From contig CAXXSM010000110.1 in NCBI GenBank assembly GCA_963663405.2, forward strand, positions 96,001-160,000: 64,000 bases of DNA, read 5' to 3'. The stretch is from a bacterium (GTDB taxonomy: Bacteria > Hinthialibacterota > Hinthialibacteria > Hinthialibacterales > Hinthialibacteraceae). Both the position numbers and the translations under genes were made by a program. The notes beneath the pieces are model-generated. The model saw only the letters and a list, made by a program, of their open reading frames with translations. It was not told where the DNA came from and did no database searches. Position 1 is the stretch's first letter. Each line of letters begins with the position of its first letter. Below are positions 53,585 through 63,400 of the stretch, piece after piece.

Positions 53585-53942
53585 TTCGACTGTCAACCAT
53601 GAATCGATCCACGGCTAATCGCTTGACGATATTAATTTTATATCATACGATCCCCTTTTAATACAGACTCGTATATGGGATCGTTATAGACATAATTCAC
53701 ATAGCAATTCCATTGATCTTCAAGGCTTTTTTTATTGTCTACTGGTAGGTCAGGTAGGAATCGGATCCGAAAAATTCAAAAACTTCTATGGCCGATATGA
53801 GGATCGGGAAGTTGAGATTCGATTTCTACACGATCGAATTTTCCAATTCGAAACAGAATTGGAAAATTATCGGAGTCATCAAAAAGAGAAAAACAACAAA
53901 CCGACTTATTCACTATGAGAACGGTTGTGGATTCTTTGGTAA
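53585..53942 (+). mobile_element. IS481-like left-end remnant 5
   Basis: Degenerate left IR ...CTGTCAACCATGAATCGATCCAC; decayed HDRIFQFETELE...ERLWILW. Confidence 0.78.
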
Positions 53943-53947
53943 AATAA

Positions 53948-54218
53948 TCCTTGGCAAAATCCTCAGGTCGAACAGCTTAACGAGAGCGTTCGCCGCGAGT
54001 GCACTGATCATGTCATTGTCATTGGTGAAAACCGTCTACGCAGGATCCTTTGGTCCTATTTCAAGTACTATCATCAAGACCGAAAACATTTGGGCCTCAG
54101 CAAAGAAACACCCATGGGACGTACAGTATCAAATCGTGCATTGCCATCTGCCAAACTGGTTGCTTAACCTCGAGTGGGTGGACTTCATCATCGATACGAG
54201 TGGAGCTTAGCCGCGTGA
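53948..54218 (+). pseudogene. C-terminal fragment of a different integrase-core transposase
   Basis: Hand translation PWQNPQVEQLNESVRRECTDHVIVIGENRLRRIL...YYH...PRVGGLHHRYE with an internal stop. Confidence 0.75.
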
Positions 54219-54299
54219 ATTCCTCGCGATTGTTTTTGTCGCGTCGCTCCGCCGAATTCCACGCTTGCAGAGGACTTAGATAAAGAAAAGACGTTAACA

Positions 54300-54953
54300 A
54301 TGAACGCGAAAGCACCACAACAATCTACCTCCCGTATACGCTGGCAAGGCCAAATCGAATCGATCCAGTGCCGCGCATGGGTATGGCGTTATAAGAAGGA
54401 CAATCGAACGCACCACCACCTCGGATTCAATCTGTTCTTGAAAGGTGAGGCAAGTATACGGCAGTGGCGTTTTATCGTTGCCGTCAGCGATATGCAGCAC
54501 ACAAAGTTAAAATTCCGCATTGGCGATGTATTCAAAGGTACGGCTTAGCCTTGTATCAAGACCAAGCATGACATTGCCGACTTCTATCGTGCGGGTGGAT
54601 TCAAAGTTGTGTCCCGTGTGAACGAACATGCTGACAGCTCCGGTCCGCCATTTGCGGGACTCCTGCCACCCATAGATGTATTTGAGTGGCGTGGCGCCCG
54701 TACGCTTGATGCCAAGCTTTGGCGGAAGCGGTGTTTCGCCTGTATGTGGGCCAACAAGTCGGCGGTTGAGATTGAGTATAAGTTTGGCAAAGTGAAGCGC
54801 TATCGAAAAGAGACCTTTTGCTACGTCCCACGATCGTGCCCGTTATACGACATGGGCCCTGCCCGGCAAGTTCCATATTTCGATTCCTTCCCAAGGGGTG
54901 GATGGATGATCTATGCACGGAACGGTGCGGTGATACGGATTGCCTGCGGATAG
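54300..54953 (+). pseudogene. Cys-containing hypothetical gene broken by an in-frame TAG (54546-54548) and probably a late frameshift
   Basis: ORFs 54300-54548 and 54609-54953 share a frame with no other stop between them; CFAC and ETFCY..RSC motifs. Confidence 0.65.
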
Positions 54954-55160
54954 AACCGCTCGTAGGTTCCAAAAACTCAGTCGAATTATAAATCCTTGAT
55001 TTTCAATAAGCCGGATCATTTTTTTTCACAATTTCATCCAACATTCGATACGGTGCTAATGAGGAATTCGGTTTCACTGCTTTAGAATTGAAATTAGATT
55101 ATTATGTCTGATGCTGTTTGAGAATTATATCGAAAGGATAAGGTTTTCATCCCCAATTTC

Positions 55161-55183
55161 TTGTCCACCCTTTGTCCACCCTT
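55161..55183 (+). repeat. Tandem TTGTCCACCCT repeat (arm-type-like)
   Basis: TTGTCCACCCTTTGTCCACCCTT, ~130 bp left of the tRNA-Gly fragment. Confidence 0.6.
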
Positions 55184-55311
55184 TCGAGGGTTTCTAAGGG
55201 CGCGAAAGGGTGTCTTAGGGATTCAGACCACGGATTCCTCGATCTCGAAAAGGCTTGAAAGTACACAATTTAGATCGATATTCCGTCTACTTCCCTCAGT
55301 GCCACCCCCTA

Positions 55312-55353
55312 TTCCCAAGCTGAGGGTCGCGGGTTCGAACCCCGTTTCCCGCT
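55312..55353 (+). pseudogene. 3' half of tRNA-Gly(CCC), att-site duplication
   Basis: TTCCCAA anticodon loop, GCGGG-TTCGAAC-CCCGT T-arm, TTCCCGCT acceptor strand; 5' half absent. Confidence 0.85.
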
Positions 55354-55392
55354 TTGATTTTACTAGACTTACGAAACTGCAAGAAAAGAACT

Positions 55393-55413
55393 GTACCGTA
55401 AAAAGTACCGTTA
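55393..55413 (+). repeat. Tandem GTACCGT repeat (arm-type-like)
   Basis: GTACCGTAAAAAGTACCGTTA, ~40 bp right of the tRNA-Gly fragment. Confidence 0.55.
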
Positions 55414-55649
55414 CCAATCCAAGAACCCGAAAATCACACTCATAATTCAGGTCTCCTTTAGGTTACTCGTACAGCGTAAAAGCTCAAATTCGTTTTTGCG
55501 GGAATCCATCACATGGTTATCTCGCTAAACCGCCGTTTTTCGTGTAATATGAACAATGTTGAGCGCTTTTTATTAAGCGATCTTTGCAATAAATTCAATC
55601 CTATGTCCACTCGATTTTCTACTCGTGATTCTCAAGAAGAGGTAATGGA

Positions 55650-57788
55650 ATGAATGGGGCTTCCCATAATACAATCGTAAATTTTATCTGGAATATTGCG
55701 GACGATGTACTTCGTGATGTCTACGTTAGGGGTAAATATCGTGATGTGATTTTGCCGATGACCGTTATCCGCCGCTTGGATAGTCTTCTTGAATCTACGA
55801 AAGATGATGTCTTAAAGCAGAAAGAACTTCTCGATAAAGCAGGGATTGCGAACCAAGAAGCCGCTCTGCGCCAAGCCTCCGGTCAGGCTTTCTACAATAT
55901 GTCTGAATTCACCCTCAAAACGTTGTTGGATAATCCCAAGCAACTCCGCTCCAACTTTAACGCCTATCTTGATGGTTTTAGCGGGAACGTTCAAGAAATC
56001 ATCGATAAGTTTGATTTCCGCAACCAACTCAAAAAACTCGAAGACGCCGATGCTTTGGGGTATCTGATCGAAAAATTCATTTCTCCAGCGATCAACCTAA
56101 GCCCTAAACCCGTCATGGATGGCGCCGGAAACGAGAAATTCCCCGCTTTGGACAACCACGGCATGGGGTATGTCTTTGAGGAATTGATCCGCCGGTTCAA
56201 CGAAGAAAACAACGAAGAGGCCGGAGAGCACTTTACACCACGTGAAGTGGTCAAACTCATGGCCAATTTGATCTTCATGCCGATTGCGGACAAGATCGAA
56301 AATAGCACCTATCTTGTTTATGACTGCGCTTGTGGAACGGGCGGGATGTTGACCGTATCTGACGCGGTTTTGAGTGAACTTGCCGAAGAACATAGCAAGA
56401 ATGTTTCCATTCATCTTTACGGTCAAGAGATCAACGCGGAAACCTACGCGATTTGCAAAGCCGATTTGCTGCTGAAAGGCGAAGGCGCCGAAGCGGATAA
56501 TATCCGGTTTGGCTCTACGATTTCATCGGATAATTTCCCATCGAACGAATTTCATTTCATGTTGGCCAATCCACCCTATGGTAAAAGCTGGAAGACAGAT
56601 TTAGACCGCCTTTGCGGCGGAAACAAGAAAGAAATCAAAGATCACCGTTTTGTGGTCGAGCATGGAGGAGACAGTGAGTTCTCACTTGTAACCCGCTCTA
56701 GCGACGGACAACTTATGTTTCTTGTGAATATGTTGAGCAAGATGAAATCACCGGAAACAACACCTTTTGGAAGCCGTGTGGCTACGGTTCATAATGGATC
56801 TTCTCTTTTCACGGGGGACGCCGGTCAGGGAGAATCCAACATCCGCCGTTGGATCATCGAAAACGATTGGCTTGAAGCCATTATCGCCCTGCCTGAGAAC
56901 ATGTTCTACAACACGGGCATAGCAACCTATATTTGGTTGCTGTCCAATAAGAAAGACAAGAATCGGAAAGGCAGAGTGCAACTCATTAACGCTACGGAGT
57001 GGTATTCCCCTCTCCGCAAGAATTTGGGTAAAAAGAATTGTGAATTTACGGATGACCACATTCAGAAAATATGTCAATTGGTCTCAAAGCCGAAAGAAAC
57101 GGAACAATCCAAGATTTTCCCTAATGAGGCGTTTGGGTATTGGAAATTCACAGTAGAGCGGCCTTTGCGTCTCAAAGCCGATTTTTCAAAAGAAAACATG
57201 GAACGTTTTCGTCAATACTGCGAATCCGTCAACGATGAGCCACTCGCTGAATTCGTTGAGCGAGTGGTTAAACGTTTTGGTGTTGGCCCTCATCTGAATT
57301 TCAATGATTTCTTACGTTCAATCAAAGAAGACGCGGAAGAGCAAAACATCAAACTCACGACCAAACGGTTTAAAGCAATTCGTTCGGAACTCACAATCAT
57401 TGATGAAGGCGCGGAGCCGGTTATCAAGAAGATTCATAAATCATCCAAAACCGTACCCAATCCCAAATACGGCCTGTTTGAAACGGTAATCGATGGGAAG
57501 ATCCGTGTCGTTGAATATGAACCGGATACGAACTTAAGGGATTCGGAACAGGCGTCATTGTTGGAAGAGGGAGGGATTGAAGCGTTTTTCGAGCGTGAAG
57601 TCCTGCTCTACGTTCCTGACGCTTGGATTGATGAATCAAGTACGAAAATCGGTTATGAGATTTCGTTTACCCGGTATTTCTACAAACCCGTTCCATTGAG
57701 AACGTTGGAAGAGATTAAGGCGGATATCTTCGCATTAGAATCAGAGACGGAAGGATTGCTTGAAGAGATTATTGGGGAGGCAGATTAA
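55650..57788 (+). CDS. hsdM: Type I restriction-modification methyltransferase subunit
   Basis: FIWNIADDVLR, AGEHFTPREVV, YDCACGTGGML, ANPPYG. Confidence 0.95.
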   Translation: MNGASHNTIVNFIWNIADDVLRDVYVRGKYRDVILPMTVIRRLDSLLESTKDDVLKQKELLDKAGIANQEAALRQASGQAFYNMSEFTLKTLLDNPKQLRSNFNAYLDGFSGNVQEIIDKFDFRNQLKKLEDADALGYLIEKFISPAINLSPKPVMDGAGNEKFPALDNHGMGYVFEELIRRFNEENNEEAGEHFTPREVVKLMANLIFMPIADKIENSTYLVYDCACGTGGMLTVSDAVLSELAEEHSKNVSIHLYGQEINAETYAICKADLLLKGEGAEADNIRFGSTISSDNFPSNEFHFMLANPPYGKSWKTDLDRLCGGNKKEIKDHRFVVEHGGDSEFSLVTRSSDGQLMFLVNMLSKMKSPETTPFGSRVATVHNGSSLFTGDAGQGESNIRRWIIENDWLEAIIALPENMFYNTGIATYIWLLSNKKDKNRKGRVQLINATEWYSPLRKNLGKKNCEFTDDHIQKICQLVSKPKETEQSKIFPNEAFGYWKFTVERPLRLKADFSKENMERFRQYCESVNDEPLAEFVERVVKRFGVGPHLNFNDFLRSIKEDAEEQNIKLTTKRFKAIRSELTIIDEGAEPVIKKIHKSSKTVPNPKYGLFETVIDGKIRVVEYEPDTNLRDSEQASLLEEGGIEAFFEREVLLYVPDAWIDESSTKIGYEISFTRYFYKPVPLRTLEEIKADIFALESETEGLLEEIIGEAD

Positions 57789-58025
57789 TGAAATTGTCTC
57801 CTTATCAAAAATACAAAGATTTGGGCGTAGAATGGCTTGGAGAGATTCCTGAGCATTGGGATAAGAGAAAAGTCAAATATCTTTTCAAGGAAAGAGTTGA
57901 AAAGGGGCATCCAGATCAACCTCTACTTGCCGCAACGCAAGTTAAGGGGGTTATACTAAAATCGTTATATGAGAATAGAACAGTATTAGCACAAAAGGAT
58001 TTACATCTACTTAAATTAGTGAAAA
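57788..58025 (+). pseudogene. hsdS: Type I R-M specificity subunit, truncated after ~79 codons by the adjacent element
   Basis: YKDLGVEWLGEIPEHW; start overlaps the hsdM stop; the frame enters the element at 58024-58026. Confidence 0.88.
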
Positions 58026-58277
58026 TAGATAGGAGTTTTTATCGAGCGAAGCCGAGATACAAACTCTATTGGACGAAGTGCGGGGGGAATGTGAGAACCA
58101 ATAACACGCCATTTATTCGCGAAACGGCTTAATTGAGGAAGAGAAGTTGATAGTTTAGAAAGAGAAAATCCTCTTGAAGCTATAGAAATCCCCTCACGGC
58201 AAGAAAAGTAAAAAATCTTCCCGCGTAAAGTTATAATTTCTTTATATTACCATCGCGATGCTTACAATCGGAATCGA

Positions 58278-59444
58278 TCAGGGGCTTCGATTCCGATTGA
58301 GGGTTTCAATGACAATCACGTTACAGCTTTTGCAACGCGGACATTTAGGCCATTCCGGCGCCGATTCTTGGCCGGTCCGATCGAATACTGCTTTGTCGTT
58401 GGTCTCTTTTGAAACGATGGAATTCTCAACCGATTCGGGAATAGAAACGCTCTCCGCCTTGGGGGCGAGGAGCAAACGGATTCGATTGCGTGTGTCCCGA
58501 TGACAGTGATGCCACAGCCCATAGTAGCGGACTTTATGGAAGCCGCGGGGGAGCACATGCATCACGAAGCGCCGCAGAAATTCTTCGCCCGGCAAGCGGA
58601 GAGTTCGCCAATGCTTCTCTTTGAAGGTCTTGTAGCGGAACGTCACGTGGGTAGCGTCCATTGCCAGAAGCCGGTGGTTGGAGATCGCGATGCGATAGAC
58701 ATAGCGCCCCAGGTAATTCAAGATGGCTTTCACGCCTTTGCCATACGGTTTGCAGAACGAGTTCCAGCCTCTATTCCAGACCTTGGTCTCGATGCCTTGG
58801 AAGATCTCCGGCGCCGCTTTTTCGAGCCGTTCTTTAAAGCGCCGGCGAACGAGTAAGCTGAGCGTTCCCACATGGAGAAGCCATTTCGGGTGGCGGAGTT
58901 CCATCCAAGAGTGGCCGTCCTCACTCACGGCGCCGGCGCTGACCAACAGATGGACATGTGGATGCAATTCCAGATCTCCCCGCCAAGTGTGCAGCACGGC
59001 CAGGATCGCCGGGGTCCCGCCAACGACTTGGGGATTGCGCATCAGATCCATGATACAGGAAGCAGCCGTCGTCATCAGCAACCCATAGAGAATCTTTTGA
59101 TGAGCCAAGAAAGCCGCCCGGATAGACTGCGGAACTGTTACGATTACATGAAAGTAACGGCAGCCAAGCATCTGGTCTTCCCGCTTCTCGATCCATTGCC
59201 GCATCGCCTGGGAATGACAGGACGGACAGGATCGATTGCCACACCCGTGATACACCCAGAAGTCTTCGCCGCAGTCCTGACAGTGATAACGATGCCCTCC
59301 CAGTTCCGCCGTATGACAGGCCATGATATCGTGCAGCGCTTTACGCTGGGAGGGCAAAAGGCGCTTCCCTTGCTGCCGGATATAGGCCGGGCCAAACCGG
59401 CGAACCACATCGCCGAGTTCGAGGTTCGATGAAGTGCAATTCAT
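58278..59444 (-). CDS. IS91-family (Y2/HUH) rolling-circle transposase
   Basis: N-terminal zinc motifs CQDC and CGNRSCPSC; LHTW...HPHVH; YLGRY; HVLPRGFHKVRYYG; CPRC. Confidence 0.95.
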   Translation of the reverse strand: MNCTSSNLELGDVVRRFGPAYIRQQGKRLLPSQRKALHDIMACHTAELGGHRYHCQDCGEDFWVYHGCGNRSCPSCHSQAMRQWIEKREDQMLGCRYFHVIVTVPQSIRAAFLAHQKILYGLLMTTAASCIMDLMRNPQVVGGTPAILAVLHTWRGDLELHPHVHLLVSAGAVSEDGHSWMELRHPKWLLHVGTLSLLVRRRFKERLEKAAPEIFQGIETKVWNRGWNSFCKPYGKGVKAILNYLGRYVYRIAISNHRLLAMDATHVTFRYKTFKEKHWRTLRLPGEEFLRRFVMHVLPRGFHKVRYYGLWHHCHRDTRNRIRLLLAPKAESVSIPESVENSIVSKETNDKAVFDRTGQESAPEWPKCPRCKSCNVIVIETLNRNRSP

Positions 59445-59453
59445 GATTCCTCC

Positions 59454-60301
59454 TCACATCAGATCGGCGAACACGGCGTTGATCCGATCCTGAGCCTCGT
59501 GGCGAAGCGGCTCAGTCAAATGAGTGTAGATCTGTGTCGAACGAATACTGGAATGGCCGAGAAGAATCTGGACAACGCGCAGGCTTTCGCCGTTCTCCAG
59601 CAATCTGCTGGCAAACGAATGACGCATCGAATGCGGCTTCACATCGTCTGTCAGCCCGGTAGCGTTACAGGCCAAGCGAAACGCTTTGCCGAGTGTCGAT
59701 GAGGGAATGTGGTTGGAGCCTTGTTGGTTGGGGAATAGCCAGGTGGGATGGCGATGCATCAACCAGAGTTCACGCATCGGCTCCAACAAGGTGTCCGGGA
59801 GAGGAACGATTCGCTCTTTATCGCCCTTCCCAATAATCCGTAAACTCATTTGGTTGGAATCGATCTGCCGCACCGGAAGAGAGATGACTTCACTGGTCCG
59901 AAGGCCGCACGCATACATCAACGTTAGAGCCAACCGGTAGGGCGTTTTCCTGACGGCGGCCAGGAGGGCGCGAACTTGGGAATGGGTTAATGAATGCGGC
60001 AGGCGCTTTTGGCGAGGCTTACGAATCTTTTTTTTGCAAACAACGGCCACCCCAGATCCAGCGTGGTTTGATAAAGAAATTTCAGCGCGCTGTAGTGGAC
60101 CTGAAACGTTCCGAGAGCGACTTTCTTCACGTCTCGCAAATTCAGTAAATAGACCCGGACGAGTTCCTCGCTAATGCATTCTGGCGAGCAATCAAATTCT
60201 AGAGCGAATGAGGCGACGGCTCGGACGTATGCTTTTTGCGTGCCTTCGCTCAGTCCTGCTAACGTCATGTCTTCGATCATGCGTTTCCGTAATGATTTCA
60301 T
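59454..60301 (-). CDS. Tyrosine recombinase in two overlapping frames, joined by a -1 shift at the A8 run (60028-60035)
   Basis: N-terminal SAM-like part LRKRMIEDM...TQKAY; catalytic residues in GLR, GKG.K.R, HSMRH, LLGH, TQIY. Confidence 0.88.
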
Positions 60302-60400
60302 GATCTTTCTCCTGTAAATAAGTAGTGGTTGGCAGTCTTACAGCCACTGCCTTCTCAGAAGAAATACATGACAACTCAGGAGATTTCGCAAGGGGATTGT

Positions 60401-63400
60401 TCAACTAGAAAATTCGGCGTACGACACTCTGCGGCGGAGCCGCTTCGTCCAAGCATCCTTTTTAATCGGCAGTTTTACAGTGAATGTAGTTCCATTTTTT
60501 TCTTCGCTTTCCACAGTTATCGTTCCACCATGTTGCTCAATGATGCTGTATGAAAGGGATAAGCCCAATCCGGTTCCCGATCCAACCGGTTTGGTCGTAA
60601 AGAATGGATCGAAAACCTTTGATAGATTTACTTGGGGAATTCCTTTGCCGTCATCCTGGATGTGTATAATCACATGCTCATTTTCCATACGAGTATATAT
60701 CCAGATGTTTCCTTTGTCTTCGATGAATTCGATTGTGTTTTTGAGAACATTCATGAAAACCTGATTGATCTGGCCAGGAGAACAAGTGATTTTTGGAATG
60801 TCGCTGTAATATTTGTGAATAGTGATACGGTCTCGGCATTGATTTTCGAGAAAAGATAGGGTTGAATCAATGGCGTTATGAATATCGTAAGATGATTGAT
60901 GCGTTTGGTCAATGCGGATGTATTGTCGAAGATCTGAGACAATATTGGCAATACGCAATGAACCTTCTTCGAAGGATTGAAAGATTTTATCGCTATCCTG
61001 AGTGACAAAATCTAGATCGGCTTCTTCAAAAATGGATTCATAGTGCATGCGTATTGATTCAGGAAAGTGCTTTTTGTCCTCACGAACCGTGTTCACAAGA
61101 TTACATAAACCATGCATATACTCTTTCAACGGCTGGATATTGCTTTTTATGAAATTGATGGGATTGTTGATCTCGTGGGCGACACCGGCGACGAGTTGAC
61201 CAAGCGACGCCATTTTTCCCGATTGGATAAGTTGGTTTTGAGTTTGACGGAGTGTTTTGTAACTCAGGCGCAGTTTGAAATGACGGTTGAAAGCATAGGA
61301 AACGGATAGAATCGCTAATAGCAGAATGGTAATAATTCGATAATCCAGATACCATGGTAAATCAACTGTGAAGTTCCATGACTCTGGTTCGCTTTTATTC
61401 CAATTCCGATCCATGGCTCGAACCTGAAAACAATGGTCACCCGGCGTTAAATTACTACACTTTGCAACAGTATCATCTTTGAATTGTGACCATGAAGCAT
61501 CATCAATTCGATAAGAATAATAGAGCCGGTTTGAAGTTGTGTAATTCCATTTGTCAGTTCCTGAATAATTAAAATTGACTTCACCGCCTGATGCAATTTC
61601 ACGAACATTTTTAGGATCGATGATGGCTTTGGGCGGATCTTGATCCGCTGTCGTGTCGAACTTCCCGATTCCTTTCGTCGTACATGCCCATATATCACCA
61701 GTACGATCAATCAGCACATCATTTACATAAGAACTGGGCAAGCCATCTTCTTGATTAAAAGTGTCCCAACTTCCTTCAGAATAACGGTGCAGGCCTGATC
61801 CTGACGCAATCCAAATCGTCCCATCTTGTCCTTGTGTCATTGATCGAACCTGATCGAATGACTCATATTCTGATTCAACTTCAGACCATTTCTTTCCATC
61901 GTATTTAGAGATTTTATCGCGACCACCAAACCAAATTTTTCCGTCATGTAATTGTAAAATACTCAAGACTCCCCCATCTTTAATCTCATCGATATGTCCA
62001 AAAGTCTGATATTGTTCATTCGAACGATATACCGCTAAACCATCTTCTCCCGTTCCTCCGAACCATACATTTCCATCTTCATCTTCATAGATACAACGTA
62101 ATTCACCAATTTTCCAATCACTTCCTTTATCTAAAAAAGGGTGAAATTGCGTCCCATCATAATATTCTATGCGAAAATGTTTATAATAGTCTTCCCGTTT
62201 AAATTGAATCCAGCACGTCTGATTTTTTCGCGGAGCAATTAAACCAATTGTTTCACTTACCGCCTTGACATGCTCTGATTTGTGGGTTTTAGAATCAAAC
62301 AATTGTAAATAATCTTTCGCGTTAGTCCCAATTGCAATACGGTTATTTGGAAGTTGTACTATAGAATCTGTCTGAAATGATTTTGTTTCTATATCATCCT
62401 CTAGTTGGATTGTTTCCCATTTGCCATTTTGATACGTTTCAAGCAAATTCCCACAGGAAAACCATAATTTACCTTCATTATCCTCAAAAATACTATTAAT
62501 ATTAGATCGGATTTCCTTGATCTCTTTCGGCGCACTCCATATAGAAGGAGAACAACGGGCGATTCCCAGTGAAGTAGATATCCAGAATTTTCTTTCGGAT
62601 TCAATGGAAACGTCTAAAAATTTCCCCGATAAAACTCCCTCGCCGGGTATCATATTTACATCGTATCCGGTTCCATCTCTTTTAGGATATAGCCGCATAA
62701 GTTCATTTTTCGACATCACCCAAATACAATCTTGATCACCTCTCCAACCAGCTATGATGTTAATATTGCTGTTATCGTCAGCTGGATAAATTCTCTCCCA
62801 ATTCTCATCTTGAAAGCGTAGTAAAATTTTTCTTGTTTTCTCTATTTTATGTCCTACTACAAACAGTTCACCAGATTTGCTTTCGATGGGAGAGTGCAAA
62901 TCTTTTATGTTCCACTCTTTATCCAGTATACTTTCAATATAGTTTGTGCACTTTTCCTTTTCTTGAAGATCTATATCCAGTCTTGCAATCCCTTTTTCTC
63001 CTGTTAGCCAGAATCCACCCTTGCTATTCTTCGCGATCTCAAGAAACCGGCCTAGTCTTGTATTGGTTGCCGATTGAATCTCTGACGACATTTTTGTCTT
63101 CGCGTTAAATCCAATTAGACGATCTGGTAGTAAAAAGATAAATTGATCCTCTTTGTAAGGTAAAAAAGGTAAGAGATAAGAATTTTCGTCGATTCCGGCA
63201 ATTTTTACGGAATGAGATATGTCATCAATTTTAGTATCTTTAAGCGCTTCTATAGAATAAAATTCCCAATGATCTTGATCTTTCATGTACTTTTGAATAC
63301 CATTCCAATTCCAACTTCCATCATGGTGTTGAGCCCAAATATGGCCTTGAACGTCTTCATACACATGTAGAAATGAGCCTGGACTTTTGATTCTATTAAT

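Larger units (their letters stand above)
58024..60452 (-). mobile_element. Tyrosine recombinase + IS91-family HUH transposase element
   Basis: Two-gene layout; AA at both borders (58024-58025, 60451-60452); the ends are mutually complementary when joined. Confidence 0.85.

Noticed and set aside
53788-54210. 140-aa ORF as a real gene
   Set aside because: It is an off-frame reading across two fused transposase remnants.
51572-54548. TAG recoding suggested by several in-frame TAGs
   Set aside because: The stops fall at different positions in sister copies of decaying elements, and a TGA occurs at the equivalent site in another copy; ordinary mutation explains them.
55312-55353. Functional tRNA-Gly gene
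   Set aside because: The sequence upstream of the anticodon loop cannot form the D-arm or acceptor stem.
59454-60301. Integron integrase with a cassette array
   Set aside because: I saw no IntI-specific insertion in this short enzyme and no attC array; it is coupled to an IS91-type transposase.
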